Positions 10,306 through 22,402 of a stretch of DNA of 64,000 nt are shown here, in pieces. Origin of the DNA: Gammaproteobacteria bacterium (GTDB lineage Bacteria; Pseudomonadota; Gammaproteobacteria; UBA4575); NCBI GenBank assembly GCA_965221955.1, contig CBDCTA010000029.1:384001-448000 (forward strand), read 5' to 3'. The notes under the pieces were generated by a model, which searched no databases, had not been told where the DNA came from, and saw only the letters and a program-made list of their open reading frames with translations. Numbering within the stretch: the first letter of the stretch is position 1; each line of letters begins with the position of its first letter. The translations under genes were made by a program, and so were the position numbers.

Positions 10306-11241
10306 ATGAATGATGCTTCATATACGCATCAACCAGTATTGCTGAAAGAAGCCATAGAAGCTTTGAATATTGAACCAAATGGCAAATACATAGATTGCAC
10401 ATTTGGTCGTGGAGGGCATAGCCAGGGAATATTAAATTGTTTGAGTGTGCAAGGAAGGTTGCTTGCGCTTGATCAAGACTTACAGGCAATTGAATACGGT
10501 AAAAAAAAATTTAGTGACGATTCGAGAATTGTTTTAGTACAAACAAATTTCTCGCTGATATCACAAATAGCTAAGCAAAATGGTTTTGATAGGAATGTGC
10601 AAGGCATTTTGTTTGATTTAGGGGTGTCGTCACCACAGTTAGATAACGCAGAGAGAGGGTTTAGTTTTATGCACGATGGGCCGCTTGATATGCGCATGAA
10701 CCCTACTGAAGGGCTAAGTGCTGCCGAATGGTTGCAAGATGTAAACGCTGTTGAGCTTGCACGAGTGCTGAAAGAATATGGGCAAGAACGCTTTAGTAAA
10801 AAAATTGCCAATGCTGTAGTTCAGCAACGAGAAGAGATACCTATTAAATCAACTCAGCAGTTAGCAGATCTTGTGTCTAAAGTAATCGGTAAGTCGCGTG
10901 AACAAAAGCATCCTGCAACACGCACATTTCAGGCCATTCGTATTTATATCAATAAGGAGCTTGAGTCACTTGCAGAAGCTTTAGAAGATTGTCTTAATTT
11001 ATTGGCAAATTCTGGGAGGCTGTTGGTCATCACATTTCATTCTCTTGAAGACCAAATCGTTAAAAACTTGTTACATAAAAATAGTCACTCTAATTTGCCA
11101 CGCAAATTGCCTGTGATGGATGAGCAAAGGTCGAAACTTAATCGAGTGTGCAAAGCAATTAAGCCTTCTGAAGATGAAATTGAAAAAAACCCAAGAGCAA
11201 GAAGTGCAAAGTTACATGTGCTGGAGTGGGTGAAGTGCTAG
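10306..11241 (+). CDS. rsmH: 16S rRNA (cytosine1402-N4)-methyltransferase
   Basis: HQPVLL, DCTFGRGGHS, DLGVSSPQLD, HPATRTFQAIRI and NPRARSAK motifs. Confidence 0.96.
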   Translation: MNDASYTHQPVLLKEAIEALNIEPNGKYIDCTFGRGGHSQGILNCLSVQGRLLALDQDLQAIEYGKKKFSDDSRIVLVQTNFSLISQIAKQNGFDRNVQGILFDLGVSSPQLDNAERGFSFMHDGPLDMRMNPTEGLSAAEWLQDVNAVELARVLKEYGQERFSKKIANAVVQQREEIPIKSTQQLADLVSKVIGKSREQKHPATRTFQAIRIYINKELESLAEALEDCLNLLANSGRLLVITFHSLEDQIVKNLLHKNSHSNLPRKLPVMDEQRSKLNRVCKAIKPSEDEIEKNPRARSAKLHVLEWVKC

Positions 11242-11507
11242 GTCGAGTATTGATAGTGCTGGTGCTATTTGTCGCTAATGTAGCCACTGGAGTTGGCATC
11301 GTGTACTCGAAACACTCAATGCGCAAATCGTTCATAGAATTACAAAGTATGCAGAATAATTTTGACGAGCTACAAATTGAATGGGGTCGTTTTCAGTTAG
11401 AGCAAAGTGCCTGGGCTACGCACGGCAGAGTTGAAAAAATTGCCCGTGAAAAACTTAATATGGATTTAGTGCATACCGAAAGCCTAGTCTTTCTGAAGAG
11501 TGATTAA
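11235..11507 (+). CDS. ftsL: Cell division protein FtsL
   Basis: Single TM helix then a coiled coil with EWGRFQLEQSAWA...RVE..A. Lies between rsmH and ftsI. GTG at 11235 follows GGAG. Confidence 0.9.
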   Translation: MLGRVLIVLVLFVANVATGVGIVYSKHSMRKSFIELQSMQNNFDELQIEWGRFQLEQSAWATHGRVEKIAREKLNMDLVHTESLVFLKSD

Positions 11508-11514
11508 TTAAATC

Positions 11515-13233
11515 ATGAAGAAAAGTCCAACTTATCCTGCACGTCGAGCATTTTTGTTAGCTTTGTTTGTAATCGGCCTTAGTGGTTTGTTTGCAAGATC
11601 AGTTTATTTGCAATTATTTGAGAATGAGTTTTTAGAGGAGGAAGGTAAGGCGCGCCATCTGCGAGTAGTCGAAATTCCTGCCCACCGTGGCATGATTTTG
11701 GATCGAAATGGGGAGCTACTCGCGGTGAGCACGCCTATCCACTCTGTTTGGGCAAATCCACTTGAAGCATTGCAAAGTCATAAAGCGATTCGCAATGTTG
11801 CGCTCGTTTTAGATATGAATGCAAATCGCTTGATTAAAAAATTACAAAGTAAAAAAAATCGTCAATTTTTTTATGTGAAGCGACATATCGATCCACAACA
11901 AGCGGAAAAATTAAGGCAATTAAATAGTAAAGGCATTCACCTTCAGCGCGAGTATCGTCGTTATTACCCTACTGCTGAAGTTAGTTCTCATGTATTAGGC
12001 TTTACCGATATCGATGACAAAGGTTTGGAAGGAATAGAGCTTGCGTACGAGCAATGGTTGCGTGGTGAGCCAGGTGCGAAAAAAGTAATTAAGGATTCCT
12101 ATAATCGTATTGTCGAAGATGTTGAGGCAATGAAGATTCCTGAGCCAGGCAAAGACATCGTTCTTAGTATTGATAGAAGAATTCAATATCTTGCGTATCG
12201 AGAATTAAAAGCACAACTCTCCAAGCATCGCGCTAAGGCTGCTTCAGCTGTTTTGCTCGATGCAAAAACAGGTGAAGTGTTGGCGATGGCAAATACTCCA
12301 TCCTTTAATCCAAATAACCGCACAGGCTACAGTCGAGGAACCTATCGGAATCGTGCGGTAACGGATGTATATGAACCTGGCTCTACGATAAAACCGTTTA
12401 CGATTGCTTCAGCTTTGGAGTCACAACGTTATTCGCAAAACACAATTATCGATACTGCTCCAGGAAAATATCAGATTGGAGAATTTACTATTCGTGACCA
12501 CAAAAATTATGGCGCGCTTACGGTCAGTGAAATTATTCTCAAATCCAGCAATGTGGGGGCTACAAAAATTGCTCAGACCATCCCTGCGCAAGAGTTGTGG
12601 TCTACGTTTAGCTCAATAGGAATAGGTCATTCAACTGAATCAGGTTTTCCTGGTGAAGTTGCAGGTCATTTAAAAAGTTTTCATGATTGGCATCAGGTGG
12701 AACATGCCACCATGTCTTATGGTTATGGTATGTCTATGACAAGCTTGCAGCTTGCGCGGGCTTATACGGTTTTGGCATCAGGCGGCAAGCTATTGCCTAT
12801 TTCGATGCTACGAAAGTCAGATGAAGAAGTGGCTAAGTTAGACGAAATTCCAGCCATTTTTTCGCCACAAACAGTTGATAAAGTTGTCACCATGTTAATT
12901 GCTGCAGTTTCTAAAGAAGGTACAGGATCACGTGCTGTCATTCCTGGCTACAGTGTGGCAGGTAAGACGGGCACAGTACATAAATCTTCAAAAGGTGGTT
13001 ATGAAGAGGATAAATACATTTCTGTGTTTGCGGGAATGGCACCTGCGAGCGATCCGAACTTAGTATTAATCGTGATGGTGAATCAACCCAATAGCGGAGC
13101 ATATTTTGGTGGTGAAGTCGCGGCACCAATATTTTCAAAAATTATGGGTGGGGCTTTGCGTATCCTCAATATTTCGCCAGACAAAGTGCCTCTGCAGGCG
13201 AATGCCGAGCCTTCTTCTGATTATGCGGGTTAG
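11515..13233 (+). CDS. ftsI: Peptidoglycan transpeptidase FtsI (PBP3)
   Basis: RGMILDRNG, R.YP, EPGSTIK (SxxK), SSN (SxN) and KTG motifs. Confidence 0.95.
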   Translation: MKKSPTYPARRAFLLALFVIGLSGLFARSVYLQLFENEFLEEEGKARHLRVVEIPAHRGMILDRNGELLAVSTPIHSVWANPLEALQSHKAIRNVALVLDMNANRLIKKLQSKKNRQFFYVKRHIDPQQAEKLRQLNSKGIHLQREYRRYYPTAEVSSHVLGFTDIDDKGLEGIELAYEQWLRGEPGAKKVIKDSYNRIVEDVEAMKIPEPGKDIVLSIDRRIQYLAYRELKAQLSKHRAKAASAVLLDAKTGEVLAMANTPSFNPNNRTGYSRGTYRNRAVTDVYEPGSTIKPFTIASALESQRYSQNTIIDTAPGKYQIGEFTIRDHKNYGALTVSEIILKSSNVGATKIAQTIPAQELWSTFSSIGIGHSTESGFPGEVAGHLKSFHDWHQVEHATMSYGYGMSMTSLQLARAYTVLASGGKLLPISMLRKSDEEVAKLDEIPAIFSPQTVDKVVTMLIAAVSKEGTGSRAVIPGYSVAGKTGTVHKSSKGGYEEDKYISVFAGMAPASDPNLVLIVMVNQPNSGAYFGGEVAAPIFSKIMGGALRILNISPDKVPLQANAEPSSDYAG

Positions 13234-13236
13234 TTT

Positions 13237-14721
13237 ATGCAAACAACTAACTGGTCTTTGGATGAACTGCTGAAGGGTTGGACGACCTTGCAAGAAAATT
13301 ATTCAGCAATTTCTATTAACGGTTTGAGTATAGATAGCCGCTTTGCATCTGTGGGTGATTTATTTTTTGCTTTGCGAGGTTTGCAACAACATGGTCTGCA
13401 ATATAGTCAGCAAGCGGTAGATAACGGTGTGGCTGCAATTGCTTGGGAATCCTCTGATGAAATTACTCCACAAGACCTTCCAACCTCTGTGCCATGTGTC
13501 GAAATTCCCAACTTACAACGTAAGTTAGGTTTAATTAGCCAGCGTTTTTACCACAATGTTTCTGCCCGCATGCATGTTATTGGCGTTACTGGAACAGATG
13601 GTAAAACTTCAGTGAGTCAATTTATTGCACAAGCGTTACAAAGCTTAAAACTTTCTTGTGGTGTGATTGGTACATTGGGTTATGGGATTTATCCAAACTT
13701 TTCGAACGCAAGTCATACTACGCCTGATGCAGTGCGAACACATGAGTTGTTGAATGACTTCTATATTGATGATGTAACCAATGCTGTCATTGAAGCATCA
13801 TCTCATGGTTTAGTTCAAGGAAGGCTGAATGGCATACAGTTTAACACTGCAGTGTTCACAAATTTAGGTCGTGATCATATGGATTACCATGATTCTATTG
13901 AAGACTACGGCAATGCAAAACGTCTGTTATTTCAAAGTGAAAATTTACAAAACGCTGTCATCAATATCGATGATGAGTTTGGACTTCAATTGGCTAATGA
14001 GTTTTCAGATCAACTTAAGGTAATTACCTATTCCATCCAAGAAGATTCTGTTCAATCAAATTCATATATTAAAGCTACCAATTTTGAATTTGATTCAGGT
14101 GCAACTCATTTTGAAATTCATTCCAGTTGGGGTAATGCTAACGTTACTACAAATTTAGTTGGAAAATTTAATGTTAGTAATCTATTAGCAGTTTTAGGTA
14201 GTTTGTTAGCGCATGATGTGGTTTTTGATGAAGCCGTGTGTGCAATTGAATCTGTGCAAACTGTGCCAGGCAGAATGGAATTTATTGCAAATAGCCCTGC
14301 TGTAGTGATTGATTATGCGCACACGCCACAAGCGCTTACTAACGTATTAAAAGTGCTGCGTGAGAATTGTATGGGGGAGCTCTGGTGCGTGTTTGGATGT
14401 GGCGGTGATCGTGACCAAGGCAAGCGAAAATTGATGGCCGAAGCCGTTGAGCAATATGCTGATATTGCGGTATTAACCGATGATAATCCGCGTTTTGAAG
14501 ACCCTGAAGCAATCACTAATGAAGTGTCTTCAGGTTTTTCTTCTTCCTATTCATATTCTCTAATTCATGATCGTCGTGAAGCGATCCACCATGCAATTCA
14601 TAATGCCAAGCAAGACGATATTGTTCTTATTGCAGGTAAAGGCCATGAAGCGGTTCAGCTTATACAAGGGAAGCAATTGCCATTTGATGATAAAAAAATT
14701 GCAAATGAGGTACTGCAATAA
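13237..14721 (+). CDS. murE: UDP-MurNAc-L-Ala-D-Glu:meso-DAP ligase
   Basis: GVTGTDGKTS, TTPD, EASSHG, DYAHTP, FGCGGDRD, DNPR and AGKGHE motifs. Confidence 0.95.
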   Translation: MQTTNWSLDELLKGWTTLQENYSAISINGLSIDSRFASVGDLFFALRGLQQHGLQYSQQAVDNGVAAIAWESSDEITPQDLPTSVPCVEIPNLQRKLGLISQRFYHNVSARMHVIGVTGTDGKTSVSQFIAQALQSLKLSCGVIGTLGYGIYPNFSNASHTTPDAVRTHELLNDFYIDDVTNAVIEASSHGLVQGRLNGIQFNTAVFTNLGRDHMDYHDSIEDYGNAKRLLFQSENLQNAVINIDDEFGLQLANEFSDQLKVITYSIQEDSVQSNSYIKATNFEFDSGATHFEIHSSWGNANVTTNLVGKFNVSNLLAVLGSLLAHDVVFDEAVCAIESVQTVPGRMEFIANSPAVVIDYAHTPQALTNVLKVLRENCMGELWCVFGCGGDRDQGKRKLMAEAVEQYADIAVLTDDNPRFEDPEAITNEVSSGFSSSYSYSLIHDRREAIHHAIHNAKQDDIVLIAGKGHEAVQLIQGKQLPFDDKKIANEVLQ

Positions 14722-14726
14722 CAACG

Positions 14727-16130
14727 ATGAAATTATCGTTAGCAGAAATTGCGACTATCACTAACGGTCAAATCGTAGGTGAGGATGTGCAAGTGGAGGG
14801 ATTGTCTACGGATACGCGGAGCATGATTCCAGGAGCATTATTTGTTGCATTGGTGGGAGATTCATTTGATCCGCATGCGTTGATTGAAGACGGTAAAGCT
14901 GAAACCGCGGCAGCAGTGCTAGTGCAGCGTGAAGTTAGCACAACGATCCCTCAAGTAATTGTGGAGGACACTTATCAAGCTTTGCAAGACATCGCTGTAG
15001 CATGGCGCAAGCGTTTTAGCTTACCTGTTGTTGGTGTGACGGGTTCAAATGGAAAAACTTCAGTTAAAGAACTTATTAAGGAAATTTTATCTACCCAAGG
15101 AAAGGTGTTGGCAACAGTAGGTAACCTAAATAACCACATTGGAGTACCACTTACTTTATGTGGCTTAAATGAACAGCATCAATTTGCTGTGATTGAGATG
15201 GGTGCTAACCATGCAGGTGAAATTGCAAGCTTAGCCAAGCTCGCGTTACCAAATATTGGCGTCATTACCAATATTGGTCCTGCACATTTGGAGGGATTTG
15301 GCTCAATTGAAGGCGTTGCGCGTGCTAAAGCAGAACTTTATGCGAATTTAAATCCAAATGGTGTGGCAGTGGTGAATGCGGATGATGCATTTCGAGATTC
15401 TTGGGCGAATGAGATCGGCGATCGTATGCAAATCAGTTTTGGGGTTGAAAACCAGGCTGATGTAAGTGGGAAGGCGATTGCTGATGATTTAATTGAAATT
15501 TCTACACCGATGGGTGAGATCCGTGTTCAGCCACAGGTGTTAGGCATGCACGCTTTATTAAACATATTGGCAGCGACTGCGGTCGGGTTGGCAATAGGTA
15601 TTGATTTAGAAGATATCAAAACAGGTATTGAAAATACTCAAGCGGTTAAGGGTCGTCTCATGAGTGTTAATGGATTAGCTGGTTCTTGCATTTTAGACGA
15701 TACCTATAATGCTAATCCTGCTTCTTTGGCTGCTGCACTTGATGTGCAAGCAAAAAAATCGGGTGAACATTGGCTGGTGTTGGGAGATATGGGGGAGCTG
15801 GGTGATGAAAGTGAATTTATGCATCAAAAGGCGGGGGAGATCGCGAAGCAATTTGGTGTTACGCGTTTATTTGCTTGTGGAGAGCTGACTAAACATAGTG
15901 TTAAAGCATTTGGTAGTGGAGCAAAACATTATTCTAGTCATGCAGAAATTACTATCGCACTGCAAGATGAGTTAAGCAAAGATATCTGTGTACTGGTAAA
16001 GGGTTCGCGTGCCATGCAACTCGAAAAAATTGTAGCGGATATTAAAAGTAATAAAGCGTCTGGCAATAGCAAACTAAATGGTAAAACTAACGGCCATGGC
16101 GGTATGGAGCATAAAGAAAATGCTGCTTAG
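14727..16130 (+). CDS. murF: UDP-MurNAc-tripeptide:D-Ala-D-Ala ligase
   Basis: [28 protein letters not shown] and LVKGSR motifs. Confidence 0.95.
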   Translation: MKLSLAEIATITNGQIVGEDVQVEGLSTDTRSMIPGALFVALVGDSFDPHALIEDGKAETAAAVLVQREVSTTIPQVIVEDTYQALQDIAVAWRKRFSLPVVGVTGSNGKTSVKELIKEILSTQGKVLATVGNLNNHIGVPLTLCGLNEQHQFAVIEMGANHAGEIASLAKLALPNIGVITNIGPAHLEGFGSIEGVARAKAELYANLNPNGVAVVNADDAFRDSWANEIGDRMQISFGVENQADVSGKAIADDLIEISTPMGEIRVQPQVLGMHALLNILAATAVGLAIGIDLEDIKTGIENTQAVKGRLMSVNGLAGSCILDDTYNANPASLAAALDVQAKKSGEHWLVLGDMGELGDESEFMHQKAGEIAKQFGVTRLFACGELTKHSVKAFGSGAKHYSSHAEITIALQDELSKDICVLVKGSRAMQLEKIVADIKSNKASGNSKLNGKTNGHGGMEHKENAA

Positions 16131-17202
16131 CCTATTTGAATATTTAGAGCAATTTCATTCTGGTTTTAATGTATTCCAGTATCTAACTTTGCGCGCTATT
16201 TTGGGTGTATTAACTGCACTCACTATTTGTTTTATTACAGGGCCAATCATGATTCGCAAGTTAACTACCTACAGTGTGAATCAAAACGTTAGAGACGATG
16301 GTCCGCAAACCCATCTTGCTAAAGCAGGTACACCAACTATGGGTGGTGCCTTTCTTTTAGTTTCTATTTTGGTCAGTGCACTGTTATGGAGTGATTTGTC
16401 TAATCGTTATGTTTGGTTTGTCATTCTTACTACTTTTTTATTTGGTTTGGTGGGCGCTGTAGACGATATTAAAAAATTACTTAGCCGATCAAGTAAAGGG
16501 CTTACAGCCAAAAGTAAATATTTTTGGCAATCCGTGATCGGTTTAAGTGCTGCTTTGTTGATATTTAATTTTGCTACATTGGTAGAAGAAACTAGTTTGT
16601 ATGTACCGTTTTTTAAAAATGTGATTGTTCCGTTAGGAATTTGGTTCATACCATTAACTTACTTTGTAATCGTTGGTTCAAGTAACGCAGTTAACTTTAC
16701 TGACGGCTTAGATGGTTTAGCGATTATGCCGGTTGTGATGGTCACGGGTGCTTTAGGTGTATTTGCTTATTTAAGTGGGAATATCAATTTTGCGAATTAT
16801 CTTGCTATTCAACATTTGCCTTTGAGTGGTGAGTTAGTTGTGTTTTGTGGGGCAGTAGTGGGTGCTGGTTTAGGTTTTCTTTGGTTTAACGCTTACCCTG
16901 CACAAGTTTTTATGGGTGACGTAGGGGCGCTGGCATTAGGTGCTGCAGTAGGTGTGTTAGCCGTATTAGTCAGACAAGAAATTGTTCTAGTGATTATGGG
17001 AGGTGTTTTTGTATTAGAGACCGTGTCAGTCATTATGCAAGTGGTTTCATTTCGGCTGACAGGTAAACGAATATTTCAAATGGCGCCATTGCATCATCAT
17101 TTTGAATTGAAAGGTTGGCCTGAGCCACGAGTGATTGTGCGTTTTTGGATTATTACTGTGATTTTAGTGCTAATCGGTTTAGCTACTTTAAAACTACGAT
17201 AG
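16120..17202 (+). CDS. mraY: Phospho-N-acetylmuramoyl-pentapeptide transferase
   Basis: [27 protein letters not shown] and APLHHHFE motifs. Start taken at ATG 16120. Confidence 0.95.
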   Translation: MLLSLFEYLEQFHSGFNVFQYLTLRAILGVLTALTICFITGPIMIRKLTTYSVNQNVRDDGPQTHLAKAGTPTMGGAFLLVSILVSALLWSDLSNRYVWFVILTTFLFGLVGAVDDIKKLLSRSSKGLTAKSKYFWQSVIGLSAALLIFNFATLVEETSLYVPFFKNVIVPLGIWFIPLTYFVIVGSSNAVNFTDGLDGLAIMPVVMVTGALGVFAYLSGNINFANYLAIQHLPLSGELVVFCGAVVGAGLGFLWFNAYPAQVFMGDVGALALGAAVGVLAVLVRQEIVLVIMGGVFVLETVSVIMQVVSFRLTGKRIFQMAPLHHHFELKGWPEPRVIVRFWIITVILVLIGLATLKLR

Positions 17203-17219
17203 CAAATAGATTATTAGGA

Positions 17220-18585
17220 ATGGGTTTAGCGTTGAAAAAGGAATCGGTCGGACAACAAACTGTTGTGATTGGTCTTGGAGATACAGGAATGTCTGTTGCG
17301 CAACACTTAAGTAAGCAAGGTATTGATTTTAAAATGTTGGATACACGGTTAAATCCACCACAACTTCGCAGCATTCAAACAAACCTATCCAGATATTGAA
17401 GTTCAGTTGGGTGAAATTTCTACAGAAAAATTTGAAGGTGCGCAGCAAATTATTGTAAGTCCTGGTGTAGACACCAATCTAAGAGTAATTCGCCAGGTTG
17501 TTGAGGATAATCAATGCGAATGTATTGGAGATATTGAATTGTTTGCCCGCAGTGTTACTAAACCAGTTGTGGCCATCACAGGGTCAAACGGTAAGAGCAC
17601 TGTAACCAGTTTGTTAGCAGAGATGGCAAGCATGGCAGGTATTAAAGCTTATGCAGGTGGTAACTTGGCGCCTCCCGCGCTGAGTTTGTTAGACCACCAT
17701 GATGCAGAATTGTATGTTTTGGAATTATCAAGCTTTCAACTTGAGTCAACTCAATCATTACAGCCGCAAGTCAGTGTTGTTTTGAATGTTTCTGCAGATC
17801 ACTTGGATAGGCATGGTGATGTCGAAAACTATGCGCAGATTAAAGCGCGTATTTATTCAAATGCAAAAGTAAGTGTAATTAATCGTGATGATTATTATGT
17901 AGCCAATATGCAAACCTTTGGAAAGGTGATCTCGTTCGGTTTGGACCAGCCTGAGAATAATCATTTTGGCATTTTAAATGAAAATGGTGATTCCCATTTA
18001 GCATTTGGCGGAGAACGCTTAATTCCTGTACGTGAACTTGCGTTGCAAGGTGAAGCAGGCATATTAAATTCACTTGCGGCGTTAGCCATTGGGCATGCCT
18101 TAGAATTGCCCATGCTGGAAATGCTTAAGGTTTTGAAGAGTTTTAAAGGTTTGCCGCATCGCTTAGCTTTGGTTGCGGAGTCAGAGGGAGTGTCGTGGTA
18201 CAACGATTCGAAGGGAACGAACATTGGAGCTACTGTAAGTTCATTGCGTAGTTTAGAAGACAACATCATTTTAATTGCAGGTGGAGTATTTAAAGGTGGT
18301 GATCTTAAATCGTTCAATCAAGCAGTAAGCAAGCATGCTAAGCATGTGATCTTGCTTGGTCAAGATGCTGCTTTACTACAACAATCCTTGGAACAATCTC
18401 TAGAGCATTCCATTGCAATAGATTGTGCAAGCTCTATGCAGCATGCAGTTGAGATTGCAAATCAAAAAGCAAAATCTGGAGACAAAGTTCTGTTGTCACC
18501 TGCATGTGCAAGTTTTGATATGTATGCAAATTATATCGAACGTGGCAAAGATTTTGAAAAATGTGTGAAAGGAGTTTTGGCATGA
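17220..18585 (+). CDS. murD: UDP-MurNAc-L-Ala:D-Glu ligase, split by a single-base insertion near 17367 (probable sequence error)
   Basis: The N-terminal VIGLGDTG.S frame joins the SPG, GSNGKST, ELSSFQL, DHLDRH, DSKGTN and SPACASFD frame if the C at about 17367 is removed. Confidence 0.9.
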
Positions 18586-19751
18586 ATATGACAAAACAAG
18601 CAGCACGCAAAAAGTCTACTAGTGTGGGAATCGAGCTAGCAAAATATTGTGATCCGAATTTAATGTTTGCGGTCATTATGCTGCTCGGTATAGGTCTTGT
18701 AATGGTAGCCTCATCCTCAATCGAAATAGCGGATCGTGCTACCGGTGACCCGCTATATTATTTCAAGCGTCAATTTGTTTTTGCAGTGATGGGAATATCT
18801 GCCGGGTATGTGCTAACAAAAATTCGTTTAGCACACTGGGAAAGTTCCGGCATGGCCATTTTATTTTTTATGGTGTTGTTGTTGTTGTTGGTGCTCATCC
18901 CAGGCTTGGGCAGAACAGTGAATGGCAGTACTCGCTGGTTAGCGATTGGACCATTTGGGCTACAAGTATCAGAAGTTGTAAAACTATTATTGATTATTTA
19001 TCTCGCAGGTTATGTAGTACGGCAAGGTAAACAGATTCGCGAATCTTTCATTGGCTTTATCAAACCTATGATGGTGTTAGTTGTGTTGTTTACGCTTTTG
19101 TTATTAGAGCCTGACTTTGGTGCAGCAATGGTTCTGCTGATTACTGCTTTAGGAATGCTTTATCTTGCGGGTGTGAAATTTTGGAAGTTTGGGTTGTTGT
19201 TAATGGCTTCTGCAATCTCTATGGGCTTCGTTGCAATTTCTTCTCCTTATCGAGTAGAACGATTTACCGCATTTTTGAATCCTTGGTCAGATCCATTTGG
19301 TTCGGGGTTTCAGTTAACGCAGTCGTTAATTGCAATTGGTAGTGGTGCGTGGTCAGGATTGGGACTGGGTGCGAGTGTGCAGAAACTATTTTATTTGCCT
19401 GAGGCGCATACTGATTTCGTGTTTGCTGTGATTGCAGAGGAATTAGGTTTATTGGGTGCGACATTTGTAATCGCGTTATTTATTCTTTTAATTTATCGAT
19501 GTTTTGCAATTGGCAAAATGGTTGAAAAGCGCGGCATGAAATTTGGTGCGCAAATTGCGTATGGCATCGGTATTTGGTTGGGTTTGCAAGCATTTATTAA
19601 CATTGGTGTGAATACCGGGGTGCTGCCTACTAAAGGACTTACATTGCCTTTTATAAGTGCGGGGGGTAGTAGCTTATTAGTAGTGTGTATGGCAATTGGC
19701 CTCATCACCCGTGTGTATGTGGAGGGCTACACAAAATCATCACATCGATGA
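18582..19751 (+). CDS. ftsW: Peptidoglycan glycosyltransferase FtsW (SEDS family)
   Basis: NGSTRW, QVSE..K, EPDFG, YLPEAHTDF and KGLTLPFISAGGSS motifs. ATGA overlap with the murD stop. Confidence 0.95.
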   Translation: MNMTKQAARKKSTSVGIELAKYCDPNLMFAVIMLLGIGLVMVASSSIEIADRATGDPLYYFKRQFVFAVMGISAGYVLTKIRLAHWESSGMAILFFMVLLLLLVLIPGLGRTVNGSTRWLAIGPFGLQVSEVVKLLLIIYLAGYVVRQGKQIRESFIGFIKPMMVLVVLFTLLLLEPDFGAAMVLLITALGMLYLAGVKFWKFGLLLMASAISMGFVAISSPYRVERFTAFLNPWSDPFGSGFQLTQSLIAIGSGAWSGLGLGASVQKLFYLPEAHTDFVFAVIAEELGLLGATFVIALFILLIYRCFAIGKMVEKRGMKFGAQIAYGIGIWLGLQAFINIGVNTGVLPTKGLTLPFISAGGSSLLVVCMAIGLITRVYVEGYTKSSHR

Positions 19752-19763
19752 TTTTATAACACG

Positions 19764-20889
19764 ATGAATAATTCACGTTCACCTGTAATGATTTTTGCTG
19801 GCGGTACTGGTGGTCATGTGTTTCCAGCTTTAGCTGTAGCAAAACAAATTGAACAGCAATCCGTTCCTATTGTATGGGTGGGAACCAAACGTGGTATTGA
19901 GTCGAAAGTAGTGCCCAATGCAGGTTATAAAATAGAGTGGATCTCGGTGAATGGCTTGCGTGGTAAAAATGTCGCGACCTACATTATGGCGCCATTTAAA
20001 TTAGTGTTAGCAAGTTTACAAGTAACGTGGTTGCTACTTAAGCATCGTCCTTGTGCGGTACTTGGTATGGGTGGTTTTGTAGCAGGTCCTGGGGGCTTAA
20101 TTGCTGCCTTATTACGTAAGCCACTTATCATTCATGAGCAAAATGCAATTGCAGGTTTAACGAATCGATTACTTGCGCCTTTTGCAAAACGAATCCTAAC
20201 CGGATTTCCAAGCACATTTGTGCGCAACAATGTTGAGGTGCTTAGGTAATCCAGTTAGAAGTGAAATTTCACAAATACAGCGGCAGCAAGACATTGCCGA
20301 TCCTGAACACCGCCCTTTGCGTGTGTTGATATTTGGTGGCAGTCTTAGGTGCACATGCATTAAATGAAACGGTGCCATCAGCTATCGCACAAGTTATGTC
20401 AGCATTTCCTGCTGAATTACATCCAGAGATTTGGCATCAAACTGGTGAAAATAAACATACAGTACACTTCAGCAACAGTATGCAGAACAGAATAAGGTTA
20501 ACCGCACGCGTCGATGCTTTTATAGATGATATGCAAGATGCCTATGCCTGGGCAGATTTAGTGATTTGCCGTGCTGGTGCGATAACAATTGCAGAATTAG
20601 TCCGTTGCAGGTGTAGGAGCAATATTTATTCCATACCCTTATGCAGTGGATAATCATCAAACTGCGAATGCTGCCGCATCTCGTTAATGCCGGAGCAGCC
20701 GTAATGATTGACTGAAAAGCAACTTAGCTGACCGTAGTACGTCTAGCTGAAGTAGTTACAAGGAATTACTAAACAATCGAAATAAGTTGAAAGCGTTTGC
20801 ACAAGCAGCCGCAAGTGCTTTTGCCAAACCTCAAGCAGCAAGTGATGTTGCAAGAGTTTGTGTTGCAGGCTTGCTATGGGCAAAGATGA
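19764..20889 (+). CDS. murG: Undecaprenyl-PP-MurNAc-pentapeptide GlcNAc transferase, multiply frameshifted (probable sequence errors)
   Basis: AGGTGGHVFP, GGFVAGP, HEQN, GNPVR, GGSLGA, CRAGA.T..E and IPYPYAVDNHQT.NA motifs are distributed over several frames. The end coordinate is approximate. Confidence 0.88.
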
Positions 20890-20923
20890 TGAAAATTTCG
20901 AATATGGTTAAAGATTTTTGAGT

Positions 20924-22347
20924 ATGACATTTAATATTGGTCATTTTGCAACACGAAGAATCAAGCAAGTGCACTTTGTTGGTATTGGCGGTTCAGGTAT
21001 GGGCGGTATTGCAGAAGTGATGGTAAATCTTGGTTACCAAGTTCACGGTTCTGACATACAGCAAAATGGTGATTACGAAAAAATTAGCTGGGTTAGGTGC
21101 GACGGTTTATCATTGAACATGCTGCAGAGTAATATTGAATGGTGCCGATGTGGTGGTGATGTCGAGTGCAGTGAAAAGATGATAATCCAGAGATTGTAGC
21201 GGCACGTGAACAACGTATTCCTATCGTGCCGCGTGCAGAAATGTTGGCCGAGTTAATGCGTTTTCGTTACGGGATTGCCATTGCAGGTACTCATGGTAAG
21301 ACTACGACAACAAGTCTAGTGGCTTCCATTCTGGCAACAGCGGGCATGGATCCAACGTTTATTGTTGGAGGGCGAGTCAATAGTTTTGCCAGTCATTCTA
21401 AATTAGGTGCTGGACAATATTTGGTTGCTGAAGCCGATGAAAGTGATGCATCGTTCTTACATTTGCAGCCGATTATGTCGGTTGTAACGAATATCGATTC
21501 GGATCATCTTTCTGCGTATGACGGTGACTTTAATAAATTACAAGATGCGTTTGTGGAATTCATTCATCACTTGCCATTTTATGGAATGACGGTGTTATGT
21601 ATTGAAGATGAAACTATTAAAGAATTATTGCCAAGAATTTCTCGACCTTATCTGACTTATGGTTTCAGTGAAGACGCTGATTATCAAATTAGCCAAATAG
21701 AAATGGAAGGCACAAAGACAAAGTTTAAACTCAAACGTCCTGGGAATAATTCATTCATTCAATTCAATTTAAATCTTCCTGGATTGCATAATGTACAAAA
21801 TGCGGTAGCGGCCACAATTGTTGCTATGCAGCTCGATGTAAAGGAAAAATATATTCAAGAGGCTTTAGAAAACTTTCAAGGTATTGCGAGAAGGTTTCAG
21901 ACTTACCCAGATATTTGTATCGATGGTAAAAATATTCAACTAGTTGATGATTATGGACACCACCCCACTGAATTAGCGGCAACTATTCAAGCCGCACGAG
22001 ATGCCTATCCAAAACAGCGCTTGGTGGTGTTGTTTCAACCTCATCGTTATTCGCGTACACGCGATTTATTTGATGATTTTGTGCGTGTATTGAATGAAAC
22101 CGATGCCTTAATGTTGTGTGAAGTCTACGCTGCGAATGAAGAACCTATTGTGGGTGCAGATAGTGCTGCATTGTGTCGAGCTTTACGCGCACGTGGCAAG
22201 TTAGACCCCATTTTGGTTAAAGATATGTCTGAAATCCAAGCCACGCTCGAACGAGTTATTCATGATAATGATGTGTTGTTAACTTTAGGAGCGGGAAGCG
22301 TGGGCAGTATTGCACCGGCTTTACAGGAATCATTTGCAATCAATTAA
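20924..22347 (+). CDS. murC: UDP-N-acetylmuramate:L-alanine ligase, frameshifted at about 21070-21200 (probable sequence errors)
   Basis: [15 protein letters not shown] in the 5' fragment. [32 protein letters not shown] and FQPHRYSRT in the 3' fragment. Confidence 0.9.
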
Positions 22348-22402
22348 TCATGAACGCTGTGATGCAAAAAAAAATACACAACTCGAATCATCAACGCAAA
22401 AT

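Noticed and set aside
17220-22347. Apparent pseudogenisation of murD, murG and murC as loss of peptidoglycan synthesis
   Set aside because: The indels are clustered, the motifs are intact, and the rest of the dcw cluster is clean, so sequencing error is more parsimonious.
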